A stretch of 38,872 bases of DNA from NCBI GenBank assembly GCA_023257525.1, contig JALRCB010000001.1:1-38872 (forward strand), written 5' to 3'. This document shows positions 26,594 through 36,954 of this stretch, one piece after another; the stretch's first letter is position 1; every line of letters starts with the position of its first letter. Below the pieces are notes generated by a model. That model saw nothing but the letters and a program-made list of their open reading frames with translations. It ran no database searches and was not told where the DNA came from. This DNA comes from Candidatus Nanopelagicales bacterium (GTDB lineage: Bacteria; Actinomycetota; Actinomycetes; S36-B12; UBA5976). Made by a program: the position numbers and the translations under genes.

Positions 26594-26953
26594 ATGCAGG
26601 CACCAGAGTTTGATTTTCCAGAGGGTCCAGCACCAACTGAATTAGTTATTGAAGATTTACAAGTTGGCGATGGAACTGAAGCGGGACCAGGCCAAACAGT
26701 GACAGTTCACTACGCTGGCATTGATTTCGAAACTGGTGAACAGTTCGATTCCTCCTGGGATCGTGGCGAGTCCATCGAATTTCGTTTAAAGGGATTGATT
26801 GTGGGCTGGCAAGAAGGTATCCCAGGTATGAAAGTTGGCGGGCGTCGAAAATTAACCATTCCACCTGAGATGGCATATGGTGCAGCGGGTAGTGGTCACA
26901 GACTTTCTGGAAAAACACTCGTATTCATCATCGATCTTTTAGCTGTTTCTTAA
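26594..26953 (+). CDS. FKBP-type peptidyl-prolyl isomerase, cytoplasmic
   Basis: 119 aa with no signal peptide and an FKBP core: FDSSWDRGESIEFRL...IVGWQEGIPGMKVGGRRKLTIPPEMAYG. Confidence 0.9.
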   Translation: MQAPEFDFPEGPAPTELVIEDLQVGDGTEAGPGQTVTVHYAGIDFETGEQFDSSWDRGESIEFRLKGLIVGWQEGIPGMKVGGRRKLTIPPEMAYGAAGSGHRLSGKTLVFIIDLLAVS

Positions 26954-26956
26954 GTC

Positions 26957-27913
26957 ATGGCAAGAGCACGCACTGAGCGCATGCTCAACTTGCTCTTTGT
27001 CTTGCTGAATTCCAGAACACCGTTAACCCGAGAACAGATTCGGGAGCGAGTTCCGGGCTATGGAGACTCCAATGAAGCATTCGAAAGAATGTTCGAACGG
27101 GATAAAGCTGCGCTACGCGATTTGGCAATTCCGGTGGAGACCAAGCCAGTGGATATGTTCCATGATGACGTTCTGGGATATCGAATTGATCGCTCCGACT
27201 GGTTAATGCCAGAAATCTCAATCACAGCCGAAGAGCGCACTTATCTAGCCTTAGCTGCAAGTGCCTGGCAGAACGCGCAATTGAGCACTGCTGCGCGGCA
27301 AGCGGTATCGAGTGTGGACGCCAGAGAGCAAGGCGCTGAGATTTCGGTACCGGTTTCGTTGGCTAAAGGTCGCCGTCACATCACCGAGATTCTAGCTGCC
27401 ATAGCCAACGGCAAGACGGTCGTATTCGATTATGTCGGGCTCAATCAATCAGAAGTTGTTAAACGAACCATTGATCCCTGGCGGGCATTACTGCATTCGG
27501 GACACTGGTACTTAATTGGCTTTGATCAAGATAAGGGTGAGGTTAGAACTTTTCGTACTGACCGAATAGTTGGCGACCTGGTAGAGACAAGGCATGACAT
27601 TTTGGAATCGATGCCTAAGGACTTTGATCTTTCAGCGATTACCGATACCTGGGAGCATTCAGATAAGGACGCAACCATTGCTACGGTTTTGGTTCGACCT
27701 GGTCGGGCAGCATCACTTCGAGTGCTAGCAACTGCTTGTGAGATTGGTGAGGAATGGGATGAATTGACGATTCCTTATCATCACGAGTCGCAGTTAATTG
27801 GACTGATTGCCAGCTCCTGCGATGTCACGAGGGTTAAGTCTCCGCAATCACTGCAAGATTCCGTAACTCGGATTATTACAACAACTTTGTCGGTGCATAA
27901 CCTTGGCAAATGA
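26957..27913 (+). CDS. pafB: HTH-WYL transcriptional regulator PafB
   Basis: 318 aa with an N-terminal wHTH (RMLNLLFVLLNS..PLTREQI) and a WYL domain (HWYLIGFDQDKGEVRTFRTDRI). Its position after pafA matches actinobacteria. Confidence 0.85.
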   Translation: MARARTERMLNLLFVLLNSRTPLTREQIRERVPGYGDSNEAFERMFERDKAALRDLAIPVETKPVDMFHDDVLGYRIDRSDWLMPEISITAEERTYLALAASAWQNAQLSTAARQAVSSVDAREQGAEISVPVSLAKGRRHITEILAAIANGKTVVFDYVGLNQSEVVKRTIDPWRALLHSGHWYLIGFDQDKGEVRTFRTDRIVGDLVETRHDILESMPKDFDLSAITDTWEHSDKDATIATVLVRPGRAASLRVLATACEIGEEWDELTIPYHHESQLIGLIASSCDVTRVKSPQSLQDSVTRIITTTLSVHNLGK

Positions 27914-28799
27914 CCTTGAACTATTAATCAAACTGCTCCCGTGGTTAGTTGCAAACAATGGTGCATCATTATCTGAAGTTGCCAAGCACTTCGACATCTC
28001 GGAAAAGCACGCCTTAGAACTGATCGGCCAATTAGTTGTCACTGGTCCGTCTCAAGCTGGTGGGGGATTAGTTGATATCGACTTTGAAGATTCTGAATCA
28101 ATTTTTGTCTCAGATGCCAAAGCGCTAGATCGACCAGTAAAGCTTTCGGAGTTTGAAGCCTCTGCATTGTTGGGTGGCTTGCACTACTTAGAACAATTCC
28201 CGAACCTGGTCGACGCCGAAATAGTAGGTGGCTTGATTCAAAAAATTCAACAAGCACTTCCAAATGCTGATAGCGCAATCAATGTTGTAACGGCCCGAAT
28301 ATCTGATGATGTGAACTCTGTTGTTTCAAAAGCAATTGAGTCAAAACTTGTGATTGAAATCAAATACGCCGGAGTCACCAAAGAAGATGTTTCGGTGCGC
28401 AAGGTCGATCCTGTAAAGATCTATTCTCAAGATGACTTTGTATACCTAAAAGCGTGGTGTCAAAATTCGCAGGCCTGGCGAAGTTTCCGAATGGATCGAA
28501 TTTTGGAAGCTAAATTGAGTGACATAGCGATTGCCATTCCGGCTGATGAGGAGCCAACGGAAGCTAAGCGCGAATACCTAGCCGCGATTGAACTTGATAA
28601 GGCCTATTACGGACAACTCGACCAGGTAGACATAGTGAGCTTCAAGGAATACATGTGGCACGCCGTTGAAGTCGAGCTACGGGTTTATTCGAGGGATTGG
28701 CTAGTGTCAATGATTTTGGCCTCCGGCGGGCGAGTTAAGGCAGTAAGGCCGCCGGATCTCATTGAGGCGCTAGTTGCCCGTGCATCAGCCTGGGAATAG
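27903..28799 (+). CDS. pafC: HTH-WYL transcriptional regulator PafC
   Basis: 298 aa with a TTG start overlapping the pafB stop. It has a WYL-type block, VYLKAWCQNSQAWRSFRMDRI, and is paired with pafB. Confidence 0.85.
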   Translation: MANDLELLIKLLPWLVANNGASLSEVAKHFDISEKHALELIGQLVVTGPSQAGGGLVDIDFEDSESIFVSDAKALDRPVKLSEFEASALLGGLHYLEQFPNLVDAEIVGGLIQKIQQALPNADSAINVVTARISDDVNSVVSKAIESKLVIEIKYAGVTKEDVSVRKVDPVKIYSQDDFVYLKAWCQNSQAWRSFRMDRILEAKLSDIAIAIPADEEPTEAKREYLAAIELDKAYYGQLDQVDIVSFKEYMWHAVEVELRVYSRDWLVSMILASGGRVKAVRPPDLIEALVARASAWE

Positions 28800-28862
28800 T
28801 GCTTGCTAAGTTAAGTTTGAATTGATGCGATACCGTTGGTTAACCAGCCCTAAGGAGACGAC

Positions 28863-29039
28863 ATGAGAGCCCTATTTGATTCACCTGCTGCAATCATCCT
28901 GCTGCTACTTGTAATTGTCTTGTTTGGTGCTCGCAGACTTCCAGATGCCGCTAAGAGTGTTGGCAAGTCCATCAAGATTTTCAAATCCGAGATGGAGACT
29001 GACAAAACTACGGAACCTAAAGACTCCGACAAGAGTTAG
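28863..29039 (+). CDS. tatA: twin-arginine translocase subunit TatA
   Basis: Not in the ORF track (58 aa). My translation is [64 protein letters not shown] lies 7 nt upstream. It has the TM helix plus FGxxRLP hinge motif. Confidence 0.9.
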   Translation: MRALFDSPAAIILLLLVIVLFGARRLPDAAKSVGKSIKIFKSEMETDKTTEPKDSDKS

Positions 29040-29047
29040 ATTACGTA

Positions 29048-29818
29048 ATGGCGCAAGCCTCTCCAGGTGACACCAAACAAGGTGCAATGACGCTTGCCGA
29101 GCACTTCAGCGAATTACGCAAACGTTTAGTTCGAAGCGCTTTGGCTTTGATCGTATGCACCATTGCAGTTTGGAATCAATTTTCCGATATCTTTGCAGTA
29201 ATCCGAGCTCCTTATGACAGTGTGCAAGGGCTTGGATCAAATGCAGTACTTGCGCTCACTGGAATTACTAGTGGCTTTTCACTGCAGTTACGAGTTTCAC
29301 TAGCTGCGGCGTTCGTGCTTTCCAGTCCGATTTGGATTTATCAGCTTTGGAGATTTATCTCACCAGGTCTAAAACGAAATGAACGCAAATGGGCATACGC
29401 CTTCACTGCAGTTGCGGTTCCGCTATTTTCATGTGGAGTTATTCTTGCTTATTACGTAATGCCACGAATGTTAGACATTTTGTTTGAGTTCACACCTAGC
29501 GATGTTGAGAACGTTACCAGCGTAGAAAGTTACTTAAGCTTCTTTCTACATCTCACGTTATTCTTCGGAATTGGTTTTCTGCTGCCATTAGTACTGGTGA
29601 CACTGAACTTCGCTGGCATTCTTTCGGGGGAGCGACTTAAGGCGGCATGGCGTTGGTTAATCTTGGGCAGCTTTGTGTTCGGTGCTGTCGCTACGCCAAA
29701 TGGTGATCCACTCGCAATGACATTTGTAGCCCTACCGATGATCGTGATGAGTTTTATTGCAGTTGGAATCGCTTTGATAAATGATCGCCGTAGACAGCGC
29801 CTAGCTGAAGCGAGTTAG
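29048..29818 (+). CDS. tatC: twin-arginine translocase subunit TatC
   Basis: 256 aa, a polytopic membrane protein with the TatC N-terminal block MTLAEHFSELRKRL. It directly follows tatA. Confidence 0.9.
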   Translation: MAQASPGDTKQGAMTLAEHFSELRKRLVRSALALIVCTIAVWNQFSDIFAVIRAPYDSVQGLGSNAVLALTGITSGFSLQLRVSLAAAFVLSSPIWIYQLWRFISPGLKRNERKWAYAFTAVAVPLFSCGVILAYYVMPRMLDILFEFTPSDVENVTSVESYLSFFLHLTLFFGIGFLLPLVLVTLNFAGILSGERLKAAWRWLILGSFVFGAVATPNGDPLAMTFVALPMIVMSFIAVGIALINDRRRQRLAEAS

Positions 29819-29828
29819 GTGAATCCGC

Positions 29829-30713
29829 ATGATCGCCTTGGTCGTAAAACCGAAACTACTTGGATCCAAGCGGTTCGAGAAAATTGTTGACGAACTATCG
29901 CATCTAAAGCCAGTAGTTCTAGGTGGCAATGATGTTGCGTCACTTAGGGCAGAAATCTCTGAGTTACGTAACTTAGATTCCGATCTGACAGTCGTTGCCT
30001 GTGGCGGCGACGGTACGTTTCATCTGGCCCTTAATTCAATTCCAGATTTAACCGTTCCACTCGCAGTGATTCCACTGGGTACGGGAAATGACTTCGCTCG
30101 CTATTTAGGCATTAAGAAACCAGCGCACGCATATTCCACGTTAAACAACTACGCACCAGCCAGCATGGACATGGGAACCATTGAACTTACTGACGGATCC
30201 ATTGTTAGATTTGCTGGCATAGCTTCATGTGGGTTTGATGCCCAAGTTAATGAAAGAGCAAATACTTACCGTGGTCCGGCTGGCACTCTTAAATACCTCG
30301 TTGCCTTAGCTGTGGAGCTAGTCAAATTGAATTCTCGCGAGTTTATGGTCTCAACTAATGGTGCTGAGCATCAACCGGGACGCTTCACTTTGATCGCCGT
30401 GGGTAATACTTCCTCATATGGTGGCGGACTGAAGATGTGTCCTACTGCAGATGCTTTTGATCAGCACTTTGAAGTTACTTATGTAGATAAAGTGACACGG
30501 CGGCTCTTGGTACGAGTACTGCCAAAAGTTTTTTGGGGTGGTCACACTAAGCACAGGCAAGTGACTCAGAGTGTGGCTCAGAAAATTGAAATCAGTGGAG
30601 ATGAGTTTCCGGTTTACGCTGATGGTGAAAAGATCGGGCACGGTCCAGTCGTGATCACGTTGCACCCTGGTGCCATGCGTGTGTGGCAGGCACAACCTGC
30701 GAACACGCCGTAA
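29829..30713 (+). CDS. diacylglycerol/lipid kinase family protein (DAGK catalytic domain)
   Basis: 294 aa with ACGGDGT and PLGTGNDFAR motifs. Confidence 0.85.
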   Translation: MIALVVKPKLLGSKRFEKIVDELSHLKPVVLGGNDVASLRAEISELRNLDSDLTVVACGGDGTFHLALNSIPDLTVPLAVIPLGTGNDFARYLGIKKPAHAYSTLNNYAPASMDMGTIELTDGSIVRFAGIASCGFDAQVNERANTYRGPAGTLKYLVALAVELVKLNSREFMVSTNGAEHQPGRFTLIAVGNTSSYGGGLKMCPTADAFDQHFEVTYVDKVTRRLLVRVLPKVFWGGHTKHRQVTQSVAQKIEISGDEFPVYADGEKIGHGPVVITLHPGAMRVWQAQPANTP

Positions 30714-30722
30714 TCTTGAGTC

Positions 30723-33422
30723 ATGACCGACTCGCCAGCACAAAGATATGCGGCGGCGAAATCCCGAAGTAAAGATACCCAAGGACTTCTTGGCTCGTTC
30801 CAGGAATCACTGAGTTTCGTTCTCGACGATTTTCAGCTGCAGGCTTGTCGAGCAATAGATTCGGGCTCCGGCGTACTAGTCGCGGCTCCAACTAGCGCCG
30901 GTAAAACGGTTGTTGGTCAGTTTGCAGTTTATACCGCGCTATCTAAACAATCCCGCTGCTTTTACACCACGCCAATCAAGGCGCTCTCAAATCAAAAATT
31001 CAACGAGTTTGTAGATTTCTACGGCTCGGACAACGTTGGCTTGCTTACAGGTGATAGTTCAATCAACGGGGACGCACCAATTGTTGTTATGACAACTGAA
31101 GTTCTTCGAAACATGCTTTACGAAGGGTCTTCAGGTCTTAATGGTTTGAGCCATGTAGTTATGGATGAAGTTCACTACCTAGCCGATCGTTCCCGTGGCG
31201 CGGTTTGGGAAGAAGTCATAATCCACTTATCTGAGTCAGTTTCGGTTGTGGCGCTTTCAGCCACGGTGAGTAATGCAGAAGAGTTTGGCGATTGGCTAAG
31301 AACTGTTAGAGGTAAGACCGAAGTTATCGTCGAAGAACACCGACCAATTCCACTGCATCAACACGTTATGGTCGGCAATGAGCTTCATGACCTATTTGTA
31401 GATAAAGCCAAAACTAAAGTTAGCCCTGAGCTACAGCGAATTGCGCGTAACGACAAACAGCAATCTCGTCATGGTTATGGCAGAGGCAATCGATTTAGAA
31501 GCAGGTACACACCTTCGCGTGTCGAGGTGATTGAAGAACTAGACCGTGCAGGATTGTTACCAAGCATTACTTTCATCTTCTCCAGAGCTGCATGTGACGA
31601 TGCAGTATCGCAGTGTCTAGCTGGCGGTCTGTGCGTGACAACGCCCGAAGAACAGCTGGTGATTCGTGGGGTTGTAGATGCGCATTTCCCAGACGCTAGT
31701 TCTGAGGAGTTACGAGTTCTAGGTTTTGCTTCTTGGTGTGAAGGATTGGAAAAAGGAATTGCAGCACACCATGCCGGATTACTCCCGGCCTTCAAGGTTG
31801 TAGTTGAACAGCTATTCCAAGAGGGCCTAGTAAAAGTAGTTTTCGCCACGGAGACTCTGGCACTTGGCATAAACATGCCAGCTAGAAGTGTGGTTCTTGA
31901 AAAGTTAACCAAGTGGAATGGCTCAGTCCATGCTCCAGTTACCGCAGGTGAGTACACGCAGTTAACAGGACGTGCTGGCCGCAGAGGAATTGACGTTGAA
32001 GGCCACGCCATTGTGGTTTGGCACAACGAACTTGATCCAGATGCTTTAGCTGGGTTGGCTAGCACTCGAACCTATCCGCTTAAATCTAGTTTCAAACCTT
32101 CGTACAACATGGCAATCAACTTAATTGGCAAATTTGGAACCCAGCGAGCTAGAGAGTTGCTGGAGTCTTCATTCGCACAATTTCAGGCAGATAAGTCAGT
32201 AGTTGGTCTAGCCACGCAGATGCGCAGGAATGAATCCGCCATTGACGGTTACCAGGAGGCAATGGAATGTCATCTCGGCGATTTTTCCAGCTACATGAAG
32301 TTGCGCCGCCAACTTTCCGCCCTAGAAAAGGACACTAAGCGTGACGGAGTTCGGGAACGTCGCAATACCGCCACCAACTTCTTAAATGAAGTAGAACGCG
32401 GAGACGTAATTGTTGTTGACTCTGATCGTCGTTCCAGTACGCCCTATGTGGTCTTGGATGAAGCCAGAGATTCAGATGACCCGAGGCCAAGAGTCATGTC
32501 ACAGTCTCGTGTCGTTAAACGAATCGGCTACACCGATGTCGGCGATCAAGGTCGGGTAATAGGTCGGATTCGAATTCCTGCGACCTTCGATTCACGCTCG
32601 CCGAAGACTCGGAATTGGCTAGCTGATCAAATTGCTGACATTTCTCGAGGCGCCCCGAAAGTGCAGCGTCAGGCACAAACGGAAACACAATCTGATGTTG
32701 AAGTATCACGTCTAAGAAAAGCGATTCGTGCTCACGCTTGTCACGGTTGCAACGACCGGGAAGAACACGTCAGATGGCATGAGCGGATCTACTCAACCCA
32801 GCGGGAAATTGAAAAACTTGAGTCACGGGTGGCAACCAGAACTAGCTCCATCGCAAAAGAGTTTGATCGAATCTGTGATGTTTTGACTGAGCTTAAGTAT
32901 CTAGAGAAGCAGGAAACCAGCCATGTGGTAACAGAAGCTGGAGCTATCTTGGGCCGGATTTATTGTGAGCTTGATTTGCTTGCTGCTGAATGTCTTCGCA
33001 GTGGGGTTTGGAAGGATCTGACAGCGGAACAGATGGCAAGTGCCGTGAGCACTCTTGTCTATGAATCACGCAGAGATGATGATCGCGACACCCAAAACAT
33101 TCCAGATGGCAGCTTAGGTATTGCTCTTACTGAAATGGTTTACAAGTGGGGCGAACTTAAAGAAATTGAAACTCAGCACCGTATGGACAGCCTTCGTGAT
33201 ATGGATCCGGGCTTTGTCTGGTTAACGCTTAAGTGGGCCAGAGGCCAATCTATTGCTCGCGTGTTGAAAACTTCAGACTTACAAGCTGGTGATTTTGTTC
33301 GTTGGAGTAAGCAAGTCATTGATCTTTTGGGTCAGATATCACTTGCCAGTGAAGATCCGGAAGTAGCAAGTGCGGCTCGGGCTTCAAGTGATTTAATCAA
33401 CCGAGGAATTGTGGCATGGTAG
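30723..33422 (+). CDS. helY: Ski2-like DEAD/DEAH-box RNA helicase HelY
   Basis: 899 aa with Walker A APTSAGKT, DEVH box (MDEVHYL), SAT, ATETLALGINMPAR, QLTGRAGRRG, and a C-terminal DSHCT-like region. Confidence 0.9.
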   Translation: MTDSPAQRYAAAKSRSKDTQGLLGSFQESLSFVLDDFQLQACRAIDSGSGVLVAAPTSAGKTVVGQFAVYTALSKQSRCFYTTPIKALSNQKFNEFVDFYGSDNVGLLTGDSSINGDAPIVVMTTEVLRNMLYEGSSGLNGLSHVVMDEVHYLADRSRGAVWEEVIIHLSESVSVVALSATVSNAEEFGDWLRTVRGKTEVIVEEHRPIPLHQHVMVGNELHDLFVDKAKTKVSPELQRIARNDKQQSRHGYGRGNRFRSRYTPSRVEVIEELDRAGLLPSITFIFSRAACDDAVSQCLAGGLCVTTPEEQLVIRGVVDAHFPDASSEELRVLGFASWCEGLEKGIAAHHAGLLPAFKVVVEQLFQEGLVKVVFATETLALGINMPARSVVLEKLTKWNGSVHAPVTAGEYTQLTGRAGRRGIDVEGHAIVVWHNELDPDALAGLASTRTYPLKSSFKPSYNMAINLIGKFGTQRARELLESSFAQFQADKSVVGLATQMRRNESAIDGYQEAMECHLGDFSSYMKLRRQLSALEKDTKRDGVRERRNTATNFLNEVERGDVIVVDSDRRSSTPYVVLDEARDSDDPRPRVMSQSRVVKRIGYTDVGDQGRVIGRIRIPATFDSRSPKTRNWLADQIADISRGAPKVQRQAQTETQSDVEVSRLRKAIRAHACHGCNDREEHVRWHERIYSTQREIEKLESRVATRTSSIAKEFDRICDVLTELKYLEKQETSHVVTEAGAILGRIYCELDLLAAECLRSGVWKDLTAEQMASAVSTLVYESRRDDDRDTQNIPDGSLGIALTEMVYKWGELKEIETQHRMDSLRDMDPGFVWLTLKWARGQSIARVLKTSDLQAGDFVRWSKQVIDLLGQISLASEDPEVASAARASSDLINRGIVAW

Positions 33423-34378
33423 CTAAGGTGAGCGAGCCCGCATTGGCAACGCGCAATCTATTTTTTGATACTGCGACTCTTTACTACCGTGCGTTCTTTG
33501 CAGTCCCAGAGAGCATCACTGCGCCAGATGGCACACCTTCCGGAGCCGTCCGCGGCTTTCTGGACATGGTTAGCGCAATCGCAAAGCAGTTTCCACCTGA
33601 GCAAGTTGTTTTTGCCTGGGATGATGATTGGCGTCCGCAATGGCGAGTAGATCTAATTCCGAGTTACAAGTTGCATCGTGTTGACGAAGAAGTGTCTGAT
33701 CAACCCGACGCGGCGTTCGAAGTGATTCCTGATGCCTTGTCGCCACAAATTGGCGCGATCTCTATGATCTTGGATGCAATTGGTTTACCCCGAATTGGTC
33801 AGGTCGGTCATGAAGCTGATGACGTCCTAGGTGCCTTGGTAAGTAAGTCCAGCGCACCATGTGACGTCGTAACTGGAGATCGAGATCTATTCCAGTTAGT
33901 CAGCGATGAAACTGATGTTCGGATTATCTCGATCACTAAAGGCGTTAAGAAACTTGAGATCGTTAACGACGCGTATTTAGTAGAGCGTTATGGAATCAAT
34001 GGAGCTCAATATGCGGATTTCTCAATGTTGCGTGGAGATCCATCCGATGGTTTGCCAGGTGTTAAAGGAATTGGCGAGAAAACTGCAGCGAAGTTAATAG
34101 TCGAGCATCGGGATGTGGCGGGCTTGATTTCGGCTGCTAAGAATCCAGAAGTAACGCTGGCACCAGCAGTGCGAACTAATCTTCTGGCTAGCCAGGAATA
34201 CATGAAAGCCGCTAGCAAGGTAGTTAGAGTTAAGACTTCTGCGAAGCTTCCAAAGAAACTAGATCGACCAATCAAAGTCAAAGATTCACAGAGTCTGCAG
34301 GAACTTACTGACGCCTGGGGGATTGAACGCCAGATCAAGAGATTCCTGAAGACTTTGAATATCGATTGGGTAGCCTAG
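33416..34378 (+). CDS. 5'-3' exonuclease (FEN/PIN-like with H3TH, Rv2090-like)
   Basis: 320 aa with acidic clusters (AWDDDWRP, HEADDV, TGDRDLFQL) and the H3TH motif LPGVKGIGEKTAAKL. The ATG overlaps the helY stop. Confidence 0.85.
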   Translation: MVAKVSEPALATRNLFFDTATLYYRAFFAVPESITAPDGTPSGAVRGFLDMVSAIAKQFPPEQVVFAWDDDWRPQWRVDLIPSYKLHRVDEEVSDQPDAAFEVIPDALSPQIGAISMILDAIGLPRIGQVGHEADDVLGALVSKSSAPCDVVTGDRDLFQLVSDETDVRIISITKGVKKLEIVNDAYLVERYGINGAQYADFSMLRGDPSDGLPGVKGIGEKTAAKLIVEHRDVAGLISAAKNPEVTLAPAVRTNLLASQEYMKAASKVVRVKTSAKLPKKLDRPIKVKDSQSLQELTDAWGIERQIKRFLKTLNIDWVA

Positions 34379-34382
34379 CCTT

Positions 34383-35480
34383 ATGTCGAAAATGCATCAG
34401 GAACGAATCGCTCGAGTTGCTAAGCAATTAGCGCAAACTGAACACGACATCATCTTTGTGACACCAGGAGCTGATCTTCGCTATCTAACTGGTTATGACG
34501 CGTTACCGCTTGAGCGACTAACTTGTCTGGCAGTTCGCACAACTGGCGAAGCGTGGATGATTGTGCCGACTCTTGAAAAGCCGTCTGCATTGGCTCACAA
34601 GGTTCCTGACATGGGCATCAAGCTATTGGATTGGCAAGAGACTCAGAATCCTTATTCGCTGTTATTGTCAGCTGTGGGTCAGCCACAACGGCCACTGGTG
34701 AATAACTTGATGTGGGTTGAAAAGGCGTTTGGAATTCAAGGTGCATCCGGGACCAACGTTGAGCTGGCCGGAAAACTACTTTCTGACATTCGCGAAGTAA
34801 AGACCCAAGATGAAGTTGATTACCTGCATGAAGCCGGGGCTGCCATTGATCAAGTGCATATGAACATGTACAAGTGGCTACGACCAGGACGTACTGAGCG
34901 TGAAGTTGGTAAGGACATTGCTGAAGCAATTCTTGCAGCCGGTCACGTAACTGTTGATTTTGTGATCGTTGCTAGTGGACCAAATGGTGCCAGTCCGCAT
35001 CACGAACTATCGGATCGTGTCATTCAAGCCGGTGAACCAGTTGTTGTGGACATTGGTGGAACTATGGCGAGTGGTTACTGCAGTGATTGCACTCGCATGT
35101 ATGTCTGTGGCGAGCCTCCTGCTGAATATCTAGAGCACTATGCCGTTTTGATGGCAGCCCAAGAAGCTGCTCGGTTACATGCCCGCCCAGGTGTTAGTTG
35201 TGAGTCAGTAGATGCTGCTGCCCGAAGCGTGCTTGAGTCTGCTGGTTTAGGTGAGCAATTCATTCATCGCACCGGGCATGGCATCGGCATGGAGACGCAC
35301 GAAGAGCCTTACATAGTTGTGGGCAATAAGTCTTTGTTGGTTCCAGGTCATGCTTTCTCAATTGAACCTGGGTTCTACTTTGCAGGTAAGTACGGCGCTC
35401 GTATCGAAGACATCGTTACTTGTACTGAAGATGGAATCAAGAGTGCAAACAACACAACGCGCGAGCTTGTAGTCCTTTAA
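34383..35480 (+). CDS. M24-family Xaa-Pro dipeptidase/aminopeptidase (PepE-like)
   Basis: 365 aa with pita-bread metal ligands in VVDIGG...CSDCTR, HRTGHGIGMETHE, and FSIEPG...ARIED. Confidence 0.85.
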   Translation: MSKMHQERIARVAKQLAQTEHDIIFVTPGADLRYLTGYDALPLERLTCLAVRTTGEAWMIVPTLEKPSALAHKVPDMGIKLLDWQETQNPYSLLLSAVGQPQRPLVNNLMWVEKAFGIQGASGTNVELAGKLLSDIREVKTQDEVDYLHEAGAAIDQVHMNMYKWLRPGRTEREVGKDIAEAILAAGHVTVDFVIVASGPNGASPHHELSDRVIQAGEPVVVDIGGTMASGYCSDCTRMYVCGEPPAEYLEHYAVLMAAQEAARLHARPGVSCESVDAAARSVLESAGLGEQFIHRTGHGIGMETHEEPYIVVGNKSLLVPGHAFSIEPGFYFAGKYGARIEDIVTCTEDGIKSANNTTRELVVL

Positions 35481-35486
35481 GTCTCT

Positions 35487-36935
35487 ATGCGATTCCTAGC
35501 CTCCATTGTCGCCGGCGCAATTGTCGCATGGTCCTTTTATCCAGGACATTGGTGGGCGAGCGTCGTTGGCATTGCAATCCTGTTGCTTACCTTGGATTCA
35601 AAGCCACGTAAGACTCGATTGAAACTCACTGCAGCGTTTGCTATAACATTCTTTGCATTTCATGTGCAGTGGGTCAGCGTTCTCGGCAATGATGCATGGA
35701 TTGGTTTAGTCATTCTTTGCACGCTGCCTTGGCTGCTACTTGCGCTACTTCCAATTGACTCGAAATCCAAGTGGTTCTACATTCAGCCCGCTGCCTTAGT
35801 CATTGTCTTGGAAGCAATCCGAGCCAGCTGGCCTTGGGGTGGCTTTCCATGGGGTCTGCTGGCCTATAGCCAAGTTGATGGACCTTTGGTCAATCTCTCA
35901 ACGCTCGGTGGGCAAGCAATCGTTAGTGGGGCCATAGTGGTTTGTGCGGCGGCATCTGTGACGTTGATCAAGAACCGAAGTCCACTTGGTGTCGCGATAG
36001 TAATCTTGATCGTCATGACGTCACGAAGTGCGGACATTATGTATTCATCTGAACAAATCGCCTTGGCGGGAATTCAGGGAAATGTGCCGCGAGTCGGAAA
36101 CGCACTGGACATACAGCGAGAAGCTGTGCTGAACAATCACGTTGAGACAACTGAACAATACTTAGCGGACATTGAATCGGGTTTACTCAATAATCCAGAC
36201 TTGATAGTTTGGCCTGAAAGTGGCACAGACATAGACCCACTTGCTCGCGGTGTTGCGCAAGACGCAATCAACAAAATTGCAACACGTAGCCAGGCTCCAA
36301 TTCTGATTGGCGCAACAACTTGGTACAGCTCAGGATCAAAAGGTGAGGGACCAACGAACTCTGGAATCATGTGGACCGATGCCGGCCCGTCAAAGGTCTA
36401 CTCCAAGAATCACCTTGTGCCCTTTGGTGAATATGTTCCACTTCGAGAAGTTTTGGCCAAGTGGATTACGCGCTTTGATCGGATTCCTAACGACTTTGTC
36501 CCAGGGGAGGGACCTGGTGTCTTTGACATAGGTGGCATGCAAGTTGGAGATGTTATCTGCTTTGAAGTTGCTTATGCCAATCACATTTACGACACCATCA
36601 ATTCAGGCGCTCAAATAATCACAGTTCAAACAAATAACGCGACTTATGGAAACACGACACAGCCAGAACAACAGTTTGCAATCACTCGCTTCAGAGCTAT
36701 TGAAACTCAGCGCTCATTCCTAGTTGCCAGCACCTCAGGAATCTCAGGATTGATTCAAAATGACGGCTCGGTGTCAGGACGAACTGATCAGTTTGAATCA
36801 GCAATTGTTACTGGTGTTGCGCCTCTAATCAGTGAGAAAACACAAAGTACAAGATACCCATACTGGGTTTTGGTTATCAGTATTGTCGTACTGCTGCTCA
36901 CCATTCGTAGATCCAGTGACTCAAAGATTGGTTAA
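35487..36935 (+). CDS. lnt: apolipoprotein N-acyltransferase
   Basis: 482 aa with an N-terminal polytopic membrane domain and a CN-hydrolase domain carrying the E/K/C context (VWPESG, KNHLVPFGEYVP, VICFEVAY). Confidence 0.85.
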   Translation: MRFLASIVAGAIVAWSFYPGHWWASVVGIAILLLTLDSKPRKTRLKLTAAFAITFFAFHVQWVSVLGNDAWIGLVILCTLPWLLLALLPIDSKSKWFYIQPAALVIVLEAIRASWPWGGFPWGLLAYSQVDGPLVNLSTLGGQAIVSGAIVVCAAASVTLIKNRSPLGVAIVILIVMTSRSADIMYSSEQIALAGIQGNVPRVGNALDIQREAVLNNHVETTEQYLADIESGLLNNPDLIVWPESGTDIDPLARGVAQDAINKIATRSQAPILIGATTWYSSGSKGEGPTNSGIMWTDAGPSKVYSKNHLVPFGEYVPLREVLAKWITRFDRIPNDFVPGEGPGVFDIGGMQVGDVICFEVAYANHIYDTINSGAQIITVQTNNATYGNTTQPEQQFAITRFRAIETQRSFLVASTSGISGLIQNDGSVSGRTDQFESAIVTGVAPLISEKTQSTRYPYWVLVISIVVLLLTIRRSSDSKIG

Positions 36936-36954
36936 GTTGGATTAGTCTTATCTA

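Noticed and set aside
28838-28847. 10-bp palindrome TGGTTAACCA upstream of tatA, with GGTTAACC recurring near 38484 and TTCTCGAGAA near 11115 after htpX.
   Set aside because: These are short palindromes with no shared extended consensus and no associated U tracts. They are within what chance can produce in AT-balanced spacers.
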